IMG/VR virus record: IMGVR_UViG_3300031227_000028
Coordinates: 18,857 to 82,856 of that record
DNA: 64,000 nt
Source of the DNA: a virus
Strand: one strand, 5' to 3'
Shown: one piece after another, positions 35,980 to 45,009 of the stretch
Position numbering within the stretch: position 1 is the stretch's first letter
How the letters are laid out: the number at the start of each line of letters is the position of its first letter
Program-made: the position numbers and the translations under genes
Notes under the pieces: model-generated
What the model was told of the DNA's origin: nothing
The model's input: only the letters and a program-made list of their open reading frames with translations
Database searches by the model: none

Positions 35980-36230
35980 TGATATCATATAATATAAAAG
36001 ATAAAAATGAAATTAATAAATTAATAAAAGATATGAAAGCATTTATAAAAAATATACGTGTTTTTGTTTCTGATTTTCAAGAACAAACAAAATCAAATAA
36101 TGTATTAGAATTTTTAACATGGCTTGAAAATAAAACAGAAAAAAGAATTTATGATAAAAAAGTCGAATTAGAACAGAAATTAATACATAATCATAAAATA
36201 AAAAATAAAGAGATGACTAATAATGATTAA
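35979..36230 (+). CDS. Hypothetical protein
   Basis: TAATG coupling; GGTGA SD. Confidence 0.55.
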   Translation: MISYNIKDKNEINKLIKDMKAFIKNIRVFVSDFQEQTKSNNVLEFLTWLENKTEKRIYDKKVELEQKLIHNHKIKNKEMTNND

Positions 36231-36720
36231 TCATAGACAAAATGTATTATCTGAAATTGATAAATTTATTGCTGATAATGATATTAATAATTTAAGATGT
36301 TTAGAATTAGGTTCTGGTAATGCAAGCGATTTTAAAGATAAATTTGAACAATATAATATTAAAGAATGGTTAATGACAGATAAAAATGATAATATATTTA
36401 TGGAAAATTTACCATATGAAGATGATTCATTTGATTTAATTTTTAGTTGTCATGCGTTTGAACATTGTGAAAATCCCTTAAAAGCATTAAGAGAAATGAA
36501 AAGAGTATCCAAAAAATGGGTAATAATTATAACACCATTTCATTGTAAACATCAAATTTTAAATGCGGATTTTGACCATATTTTTTGTTTAACTGAAATA
36601 CAAATGAAAAGATTATTTAGATATACTGGAATAATAGAAGATAAAATTTATGTTCAAGATATAATGGGAGCTAAAGAACAAGATTATAATTTAATTAGTA
36701 TTGGTAAAGGTGATTATTAA
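36223..36720 (+). CDS. Class I SAM-dependent methyltransferase
   Basis: LELGSG, LPYEDDSFDLI, HAFEH. Confidence 0.88.
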   Translation: MINHRQNVLSEIDKFIADNDINNLRCLELGSGNASDFKDKFEQYNIKEWLMTDKNDNIFMENLPYEDDSFDLIFSCHAFEHCENPLKALREMKRVSKKWVIIITPFHCKHQILNADFDHIFCLTEIQMKRLFRYTGIIEDKIYVQDIMGAKEQDYNLISIGKGDY

Positions 36721-36923
36721 TGCCAGCTAAAATATTAAAATCTACAGAAACACCAATTGATTATATAATTAAATGTCAAAGAGAAGGAGTTAAACATTGT
36801 CTTTCTTTTGAAGAATTTAAAGATTATATAGAATTTGATTGTTCTTTAAAAGTTAGTTTTCCAAAAATATTAGAAGAAGTTTATAATAAATTTAAAGATG
36901 AATATTATAAAATAGAGGTTTAA
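36720..36923 (+). CDS. Hypothetical protein
   Basis: TAATG coupling; GGTGA SD. Confidence 0.55.
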   Translation: MPAKILKSTETPIDYIIKCQREGVKHCLSFEEFKDYIEFDCSLKVSFPKILEEVYNKFKDEYYKIEV

Positions 36924-36924
36924 A

Positions 36925-37776
36925 ATGAATAATAGAATAACTATACATATTGCTTGTAAAGATAGACCAAGTGAATTAGCTTTATTATTACAAAGTCTTA
37001 GAACACAATCTTTAGAAAACTGGGATTTATTAATAGTAGATGATGCTTCTCAAATACCTCTTGGACAAAATGAAGTTTTAATGAAATTAATTAATAGAGT
37101 TAAATTAGAAAAACATAAATGTAAATTTATAAGAAATGATGTTTCTCTTGGTGTGTGTCAAGCTAGAAATATTTGTATTGAAAATGATAAATTTAATAAT
37201 ATGTATACTGCAAGACTTGATGACGATAGTATATTAGAACCATTTTGTTTAGAGAAATTATATTTAGGTATAGTAAAATTAAATTATGATTTAATTGGTG
37301 GAACAATTCCTATTTGTCATTCACCTTATTTTGAACGACAAAATAAATATTTAAAAGGTTTTATTAACGAACATAAATTTAATAAGAAAGGCGATTTAAT
37401 ATTTAATGCAGATGAATGTGCTTATACATATACTAAAAATGATTATTTACCTACACATCAATTTAGAACATATTGTGTTTATAAATCTAAATTAAATAAA
37501 ATAAAATATCCAAAAAATCTTTCTAAAATAGGATTCAGAGAAGAAGGTTTTTTTAGTATGAAAGCAATTTTAAAAGGATATAAATTAGGGATATGTACTG
37601 GAGCAATAGCTAATCATATACAATCAACTTCTGGTGGTTGTCGTGACCCTGAATATCCAAAATTTGTTCAATCAGATGATAAAATATTTAGAGATTGGTT
37701 AAAAAACAAATTTGAAAAACATGGTGATTTTCTAAAAGAATATAAGAAAAAATATACTAAACAGGTGAAAAAATGA
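36925..37776 (+). CDS. GT2 (GT-A) glycosyltransferase
   Basis: IVDDAS, ARN, LDDD, FREE. Confidence 0.88.
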   Translation: MNNRITIHIACKDRPSELALLLQSLRTQSLENWDLLIVDDASQIPLGQNEVLMKLINRVKLEKHKCKFIRNDVSLGVCQARNICIENDKFNNMYTARLDDDSILEPFCLEKLYLGIVKLNYDLIGGTIPICHSPYFERQNKYLKGFINEHKFNKKGDLIFNADECAYTYTKNDYLPTHQFRTYCVYKSKLNKIKYPKNLSKIGFREEGFFSMKAILKGYKLGICTGAIANHIQSTSGGCRDPEYPKFVQSDDKIFRDWLKNKFEKHGDFLKEYKKKYTKQVKK

Positions 37777-38867
37777 AGTTAACAATTGAAGGACCAATGT
37801 TTGATACTAGTGGTTATGCAAATCATGTAAGATATTTTTCTAATACTTTATATGATGTTAATAAAGATATTAAAATAGAAACAACTTTAGTTTCAGGTTG
37901 GGAACATATGTGTAATAGTCAAGAATTAGAAATGATTAAAAAACCATATGATGAAGATAGCACTTTAATATTTATTGGACAACCACCAAGTTGGCCATTT
38001 GCTATTGCAAAGAATCCTAAACATTTTATTGGATATTTAGTTTGTGAAGGAGATAAAGTTCCTAATTTTTGGTTAAAACATATTTTTGATGAACGAGTTG
38101 ACCAAATATGGGTACCTAGTAAACATGTAAAAAATGCTATTATAAATTCATGTTCAAATCCTAGTGATTTAGAATATCTAAATAATAAAATAAAAATAGT
38201 TCCTCATGGAGTTAATTTAGAATTATTTCAACCAAGAGATAAAGATAATAAAATTTATACATTTATTTGTAATAAAGGTTGGTCAAAAGGAATACATGAT
38301 AGAGGAGGAGTGCAATTTTTAGTTAAAGCATTTACAGAAGAATTTACTAGTAAAGAAAATGTTAGATTAAAAATTAAATTAAATACAGCATATCATTATC
38401 AAGGTTGGAATATTGATGAAGAGTTTAAAAAACTTAAATTAAATAAAAAAATTAATAAACCTAAAGTTGAATTAGCTATTGGTAATATGACGCAAGATGA
38501 ATTAGTTGAATTCTATAATAGTGGTGATGTATTTGTTTGTCCTACAATGGGAGAAGGATTTGGTTTAACTTATGCTGAAGCAATGTCTTGTCAAGTGCCT
38601 TGTATTGCAACTAATTTTGGTGGTCAAAAAGATTTTATAAACACTAAAAATGGTTGGTTATTAGATTGTAAACTTATAGATTCATATGAAGAAGAAGGAG
38701 TTAAATGGGCTTTACCAGATGTTGAACATCTTAAAAAATTAATGAGAGCTTGTTTTAAATATAAGAAGAAAGCAATTGAAAAAGGTGAACAAGCATATAA
38801 AGATATTTCTAAATATAGCTGGCGTAATTCTGTAAAAAAAGGAATGAAGTTCCTAAAGGAACTTTAA
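37773..38867 (+). CDS. GT4 (GT-B) glycosyltransferase
   Basis: SGYA, VPHGV, EGFGLTYAEAMSC. Confidence 0.9.
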   Translation: MKLTIEGPMFDTSGYANHVRYFSNTLYDVNKDIKIETTLVSGWEHMCNSQELEMIKKPYDEDSTLIFIGQPPSWPFAIAKNPKHFIGYLVCEGDKVPNFWLKHIFDERVDQIWVPSKHVKNAIINSCSNPSDLEYLNNKIKIVPHGVNLELFQPRDKDNKIYTFICNKGWSKGIHDRGGVQFLVKAFTEEFTSKENVRLKIKLNTAYHYQGWNIDEEFKKLKLNKKINKPKVELAIGNMTQDELVEFYNSGDVFVCPTMGEGFGLTYAEAMSCQVPCIATNFGGQKDFINTKNGWLLDCKLIDSYEEEGVKWALPDVEHLKKLMRACFKYKKKAIEKGEQAYKDISKYSWRNSVKKGMKFLKEL

Positions 38868-40253
38868 ATTATTTTTTTTATATTCCCCATTTATAATATT
38901 AACTAATTGAACTTGTCCTGTATCCCATAAAAATGCATTAGTATTAGTCCATCCACTTGGGTTATTCTTCATATAAAATACTTTTAATGGCAAACTAGTT
39001 CCTACTGTATATGTATTTCTTAATATACCAGCATTGTGAACGTGTCCAGTAATACTTTTACCAAAATCAGTTTCTTTAGTTTTTAATGAACCTCTTCCAT
39101 ATCCAGGACCAGTGTTTCCATGATTAGCTAATTGAATTCCATGTAATTTATAATCTTGGTCCATTTTTAAAAAATTAACATTTTCAGGTAATCCACCGTG
39201 AGTTTTAATACCAATTTCTAATGGATTTTCTCCGTTTGCATAAGCTGATGCTAATTCAAAAGCTGTTCTAGCATTCATTGGGTCTTTAATAAATCTTCCT
39301 TCATCTAAATATCTTTCTAAAAATCCAGGGCTATGATTTGAATATATTACATTAACTTCTCTTCCTTCCATAGCATTTGCAAGTAACCAAAGTTCTTTAT
39401 TACAATCTCTTAATTCTTTATCTAAAGAAAGATTACCTTTATCTGCTCCTTCTCTTATCATTTGATATATTAATTCTTTTTGCATGTGATGAGAAATACT
39501 ATGTCCATTAAAAAAATCATGTAAAAATAATCTATCTGGTTTATATTCTTTTATCATATCAAAATTAGCTTTACGTACTTTTTTATCTGTATAACCATTA
39601 TGATAATCTCCTAATATTAAAGCATCTAAATTAGCTTGTTGTGGTTGAGAATTTGAGCTAAATTTAATACCTAAGTCAACAAAAGTACCATTGACCATTG
39701 AATGAATATTACGATGATGATACTTACTATTGTTAACAATATCTACAACCCAAGCACCATATACATGGTCTCTTAGTGCAATATTTCCTAATCTTCTTCT
39801 TTCTGCACTGGTATCTTTATGTGTTGCATAATTAGGTTCTGTAATTGCTCCTGGTGTAATTAATGCTCTTGGCATTTTAACATTACTATGTGAAATATAT
39901 TTAAGTCTTTGTTTAGGACTTGCAAATATTTTACTTGTTTCTCTTTGACTAAATCTAGCTAATCCAACTAATGGGTCTATTTGATATGGTCTAATATTAA
40001 ATTGATCTATTTCAATATTATCATTAAGTTTTAATTTACCATATTCTATATGATAATCTTTTAAAGAATCATCAATGTTTTCTATATTCCAATCTTGTCT
40101 TGCACTTTCTCCTATTGTGGGTAAGATAATTAATTCATCGGCGAATTCATCTACATAATTTTCTAATGATTTTAAAAAATTTTTATTAGGTTTTGCAAAT
40201 GCTTGAGCTGTTGTTACTACATAAGTTTTTGTTTCATGCTTAATTTTAACCAC
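38853..40253 (-). CDS. Calcineurin-like metallophosphoesterase-domain protein
   Basis: GDYH, HDFFNG, SNH, HG, GHVH; GTG start. Confidence 0.7.
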   Translation of the reverse strand: MVKIKHETKTYVVTTAQAFAKPNKNFLKSLENYVDEFADELIILPTIGESARQDWNIENIDDSLKDYHIEYGKLKLNDNIEIDQFNIRPYQIDPLVGLARFSQRETSKIFASPKQRLKYISHSNVKMPRALITPGAITEPNYATHKDTSAERRRLGNIALRDHVYGAWVVDIVNNSKYHHRNIHSMVNGTFVDLGIKFSSNSQPQQANLDALILGDYHNGYTDKKVRKANFDMIKEYKPDRLFLHDFFNGHSISHHMQKELIYQMIREGADKGNLSLDKELRDCNKELWLLANAMEGREVNVIYSNHSPGFLERYLDEGRFIKDPMNARTAFELASAYANGENPLEIGIKTHGGLPENVNFLKMDQDYKLHGIQLANHGNTGPGYGRGSLKTKETDFGKSITGHVHNAGILRNTYTVGTSLPLKVFYMKNNPSGWTNTNAFLWDTGQVQLVNIINGEYKKNNLKFL

Positions 40254-40262
40254 TCCTTTATT

Positions 40263-40631
40263 TTATTTAAATTGCCATGTTATTTGTAATTGTAATTCTG
40301 CTGTTCCATTAAAAGTTTCTGGATTACTTAAACTATCATAACTCCATAAATCTCCTGTTCCTAATCCTGATGCAGTTCTTCCACCAAATTCTCTTAATGT
40401 TGTACCGCTCATTTGAGATACAGTATAATCATAAGTATATTCAATTTCATTTGGTGTTGTAGTTATTACAGAACTATATCCTGATGAAGCTGTACCATTA
40501 ACTAAACCTGACCTAGTTGAAACAACTGTTCCAGAACCATCACCTATTTCTGCATAACCAGGATATAATCTACTCCCTGTTGGACTTATACTTAATGCAA
40601 GTCCTGATTTCATTATTTCTGTTGATACCAT
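40263..40631 (-). CDS. Putative tail/baseplate structural protein
   Basis: IGDGSG...LREFG pattern typical of tail-fibre attachment proteins. Confidence 0.55.
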   Translation of the reverse strand: MVSTEIMKSGLALSISPTGSRLYPGYAEIGDGSGTVVSTRSGLVNGTASSGYSSVITTTPNEIEYTYDYTVSQMSGTTLREFGGRTASGLGTGDLWSYDSLSNPETFNGTAELQLQITWQFK

Positions 40632-40638
40632 TTTATTC

Positions 40639-42840
40639 TCATGTATTAAAATCTGTTGTTATATAAGCTTGAAATGCTGGAGTACCTATTGGAAATTTAG
40701 GTGTTATTTTTAATTTAACATTAAATCCAGCTAATTTATTTCCTGAACCGTCTTCACCGTTCTCTATTATAGTTCCACAAGATTGTGGAGTATCTAATAT
40801 AGTTGTATGATAAAATTTATTATTAAAAGGTATACTAGCATCATTAGTATTTGATATTGGTATTATTCCATAATCAATACTACCTGCTGGAATATCGTTA
40901 CTAATATAATTTATTCCTGAATAATTAGTTAAATATGTACTATCCCAAGTAAGAGCAATATTATCTTCATTAATATGTGCTGAAATTGTTGCCGGTGCAA
41001 AACTAGTATAAGCTGATGTATCATAATATGACCCAGTAACTGAACCTAACATATATTCATAATATCTATATGTTGCTCCTTCTCTTGTTGATGCTTTTAA
41101 TCTAGTAATAGCTTCACCTGTTTCTGAATTGTATATTAATCCTGGAGCACCTACACTAACTGTTGTTAAAATATCTGTTAAAATATCATCTTCTAATTTA
41201 GTATAATTATCGTTTTCTAAATCCCATTCTGTAATAATTATATGTGAAGAATCAGTTGTACTACCGCTACTTCTAAAACCTGCTACAGCACCTATTTTTG
41301 GATTTCTAAAATTTATATATTGACTAACTGATGCATAATGGTCAACCGAACTTGCAGTTGTTCCAATACCAGTTTGACTATCTGATGTTAAATTTCCATT
41401 TACAAATCTTAATATTGTATCTTGCCCTTGGTCAAATACATCATCTTCCACAGAAAAACCAATATAATATAATATTTTACTATTATTATAATAAAATTTT
41501 CCTAAAGACATAGTATAATCAAGTGAACTCATACTATCTCCTGAATAAAGAGTTGGACTAAAAGTATCTCTAGCAGCTACAAGAGTAGTTCCAGCATCTG
41601 ATATATATAAATCTCCAATTCTACATTCTAATGCTATTGCTCCATTATCATCAGTATAACCATGTGTTATAATATTTTGAGATACAAAAGTAGTACCAAT
41701 CATTGCAGCTTGAGCTGGTAGTATATTAGTTATTGTTGTATAATATTCATCTCTAATATCACCTGATGAAACTGAACCTGGTACAGTTTCTAATTCATCA
41801 ACTGCATGAGTATGTTCCCATTGAATAACTCCTGAACTATTATATTTATAAGTAAAATAATCTCCATACCAAATTAATGAATCTGGGTCACCACTGAGAG
41901 AAATAAATGCTGCATGCCATTCTCTAAGTAAATTTGTACTTACATAAACATTATAACTACTATCAAACGCTATAGATTGATATGTTCTTAATATACCTCC
42001 ACTAGGTGTAGCATGTGAACCTCCAAATCTATCGTTAAAACTTGTTGCTGTAGGAACTGTTCCACTTGGCATAGTATAATCTATAGGTACATTTACAAGT
42101 TGTGATTTTAATTGTATATCAATAATAGCTGCTCTATAAGTTCCTTGACTATCTAAATATAATGTTTTAAGATATCTTCCTTTTGTAACTGGACTTAAAA
42201 AATCAGTTTCAGAAGTTGTAAAATCCATAACTAAATATGAACCATTATATTTAGTTAATATAGTATCCCATTCAACTTTATTAGGAATATCTTCTGTCCA
42301 AGTTATTGTTGGAGATATATTCTCCCAACCGCTTGGTAAAGTTACAGTACCAGCTAATATATCATCAACTAAATAATAAGCAAATGAATAATATTTATTT
42401 AATATTTCATTTAATTGATTAATAGCATTTGTTAAATCGTTCCAATTATCAAGTGTTGGATAATCTGTATCAACACTTAAAGTTGGTAAAGTAAAACTAT
42501 CAACAGTTGAATCATCAAAAAATTTATATAATACATTTGTTAATACTTCTTGAGCATTTAATAAATCAATTCTTAACGCTGGAACTTTTATTACTAAAGC
42601 ATCCATATCAGTTTTAATAGCGTTCCATCTAGCAACATTAAGATAATCTCCGTCTTGATAATCATAACTAGCTGTTGCAGTATATGAAGTAGACGTTTGA
42701 ACCCAACCACCTGTACCGGTGTCTAAAGTAGCTATCATAGTAACTATAGCGTTATGTATTTTAGTTGAATTCTCCACTGATTCTTGAATTTCACTAATCA
42801 TTGAAGGAAAACATCTTTCTGATAATATACGTTCTTTCAT
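40639..42840 (-). CDS. Putative tail-tip/receptor-binding protein
   Basis: 733 aa, S/T/Y/D-rich beta region; in tail module. Confidence 0.45.
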   Translation of the reverse strand: MKERILSERCFPSMISEIQESVENSTKIHNAIVTMIATLDTGTGGWVQTSTSYTATASYDYQDGDYLNVARWNAIKTDMDALVIKVPALRIDLLNAQEVLTNVLYKFFDDSTVDSFTLPTLSVDTDYPTLDNWNDLTNAINQLNEILNKYYSFAYYLVDDILAGTVTLPSGWENISPTITWTEDIPNKVEWDTILTKYNGSYLVMDFTTSETDFLSPVTKGRYLKTLYLDSQGTYRAAIIDIQLKSQLVNVPIDYTMPSGTVPTATSFNDRFGGSHATPSGGILRTYQSIAFDSSYNVYVSTNLLREWHAAFISLSGDPDSLIWYGDYFTYKYNSSGVIQWEHTHAVDELETVPGSVSSGDIRDEYYTTITNILPAQAAMIGTTFVSQNIITHGYTDDNGAIALECRIGDLYISDAGTTLVAARDTFSPTLYSGDSMSSLDYTMSLGKFYYNNSKILYYIGFSVEDDVFDQGQDTILRFVNGNLTSDSQTGIGTTASSVDHYASVSQYINFRNPKIGAVAGFRSSGSTTDSSHIIITEWDLENDNYTKLEDDILTDILTTVSVGAPGLIYNSETGEAITRLKASTREGATYRYYEYMLGSVTGSYYDTSAYTSFAPATISAHINEDNIALTWDSTYLTNYSGINYISNDIPAGSIDYGIIPISNTNDASIPFNNKFYHTTILDTPQSCGTIIENGEDGSGNKLAGFNVKLKITPKFPIGTPAFQAYITTDFNT

Positions 42841-42842
42841 TT

Positions 42843-43166
42843 TTAAGTTCCTGAATAAGATATTTCTGTTCTAGTTATTTTAGCATTATTACCTATAAAT
42901 CTATAATAAATTCCACTTGTTGATGCATCTGAAAATTTATTAGATACACCTCTATCAAAACTATATATAGCTAAAGTGTTTCCGCTATAAAAATTTGGTA
43001 TTCTAGGTTGATAACTATTTTCATTATCACCGTTACTTGAAATTTGATATTGAATATTATTTAAATTTTCTCCATCAATAGTAAACCAAACTGTATTATA
43101 TGAATCAATAGCATTTTTTGCTATTTGTTTTCCTTTTAATATTTTAGGTAGTAATGGTATTGGCAT
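42843..43166 (-). CDS. Hypothetical virion-module protein
   Basis: Packed ORF. Confidence 0.55.
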   Translation of the reverse strand: MPIPLLPKILKGKQIAKNAIDSYNTVWFTIDGENLNNIQYQISSNGDNENSYQPRIPNFYSGNTLAIYSFDRGVSNKFSDASTSGIYYRFIGNNAKITRTEISYSGT

Positions 43167-43167
43167 C

Positions 43168-45009
43168 TTAAACTATACGAACCTCTCTAGTTATATTATG
43201 AGCTTCTGGACCATATCCTAAGCTTGCAGTAACATTAAATAATCCTTTTATAGAACCATTTATTTGCCAAAAATATGTTAACCTTGTTGAAAATGGAAAT
43301 TCAGCTATGTCCCAAGGATTAGCTGTTGGGTCAGATTCTGTAGCAGGAGAATTAACAAGTATTACATCATCAAAAGTAAAACTATATGTACTATTTGATA
43401 TTTCCCATAATATATTATAATTATAATAATCATCAAACCCAGTATTATTAAACTCTACCCATACAAACCAGTCAGTTGTTTCATTTCCTATTGATGTTGG
43501 TAATGGATAATTATTTGAATATACCCATCCTATTGCTGTTGTATTAGTGGTATTATATACATTTAATCCTGTTTCTGATACTGTACTACCATTAGCAGTT
43601 ATATTTAAAAAATGTGTACTATATGTAGTTGAAACATTCATTGGTTTCCAAGTAAAATCATATAAACCAGTTGTTCCTATTGAAACATTTTCTGTTGTAT
43701 TAATTAATCCTAAATGTGCTATTGTATTTGTATCTAATTGGTTAAATTCAAAATCTTTACTAAATACACCATCACTAGTAATATTAACTTGAAAATTCAT
43801 TGTCTTATATAAAAAATATTCCGCTAATCCTGCTGTGGTATTAGCCATTATAATATCATTAAGAGTTATTCCTGTTATTTCATCTTCAAATATAATTGAA
43901 AAATCTTCTGATTCATTTGCATCTAAATAATCTAACCAACTACAAATACTAGTATATCCTGGTGATATTGTTAATGTTATATTAGTATCAACATCCATTC
44001 TTGATGAACTATCTGAATTACAAGTATTACCCATCCATAAAGAATAAGCACTTTCTGATGATAAACTAATATTATCTATTAAAGGTATAGATAAATTATT
44101 AGTTCTACTTAATGTAAAAATATATGTAAAATTTTTTAATTTAATTGAACTTAAATCAATTAATCCTGTTGAGTCAGTACCTTCTATTATATTACCTGAC
44201 ATATTTTCGTATGAATATGATAAAGTATAATTTGTATGAACATTATCTATCCCACTTGTATCATATGTAAATTGATAAGCAGTAATATAAGTTGATGGAC
44301 TTATTGAATTTGTATATGTTCCTTGTAAAGCTGAACCAACAGCAAATCCATCAAAATGTAAAGCATTGAAAGTTAATGTATTATCACTACATACAATATC
44401 TGTACAAATAGAAGGGTCATTACAATCACCAGTTAAAACATTGGATGCTACTATTTCTGAATTATATACTAAATCATTATAAGTTGATTGGAATGTATCA
44501 GAATAATATATATTATAATCATCGCAAGATATATTTCGTACAATTATGGTTGCTGATTTATTTAAATTATTAGCATAAATATTACTACTATTAACTGCTA
44601 TAAAATTTTCTCCCGATATTACATCTTCTGTAAAAGTTATATCAGTAATATCAACTACATTATTCCACTTTGTTTTTATTGATGACGAGTCAATAGTAAA
44701 ATCAACAACACTTGTTTTTTCTAAATCAGATAAAGCTGAAACATTAGTACTATCTCCATAATCATAAAAAGGTGCAGAACAATCTTCTGTCCATTCTTGT
44801 GAAACAATCCAATCAGAACAAACACTACTACCAACACAAAGATAACCTAAAGGTGGTTCTGGAAAATAAGTAGTATATCCATCTGTTGTACATACTGAAG
44901 GACAAAAATTTTTTGTACATCCACTATTACCACCAAGTCCAAAAACATTAATACTCAACAAAACCCCAACCAGTAAAAATATAAACATTAATCTTATTTT
45001 ATTTTTCAT
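43168..45009 (-). CDS. Secreted/surface glycoprotein-like protein
   Basis: Signal peptide, Cys-rich N-terminus, many N-x-S/T sequons. Confidence 0.65.
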   Translation of the reverse strand: MKNKIRLMFIFLLVGVLLSINVFGLGGNSGCTKNFCPSVCTTDGYTTYFPEPPLGYLCVGSSVCSDWIVSQEWTEDCSAPFYDYGDSTNVSALSDLEKTSVVDFTIDSSSIKTKWNNVVDITDITFTEDVISGENFIAVNSSNIYANNLNKSATIIVRNISCDDYNIYYSDTFQSTYNDLVYNSEIVASNVLTGDCNDPSICTDIVCSDNTLTFNALHFDGFAVGSALQGTYTNSISPSTYITAYQFTYDTSGIDNVHTNYTLSYSYENMSGNIIEGTDSTGLIDLSSIKLKNFTYIFTLSRTNNLSIPLIDNISLSSESAYSLWMGNTCNSDSSSRMDVDTNITLTISPGYTSICSWLDYLDANESEDFSIIFEDEITGITLNDIIMANTTAGLAEYFLYKTMNFQVNITSDGVFSKDFEFNQLDTNTIAHLGLINTTENVSIGTTGLYDFTWKPMNVSTTYSTHFLNITANGSTVSETGLNVYNTTNTTAIGWVYSNNYPLPTSIGNETTDWFVWVEFNNTGFDDYYNYNILWEISNSTYSFTFDDVILVNSPATESDPTANPWDIAEFPFSTRLTYFWQINGSIKGLFNVTASLGYGPEAHNITREVRIV

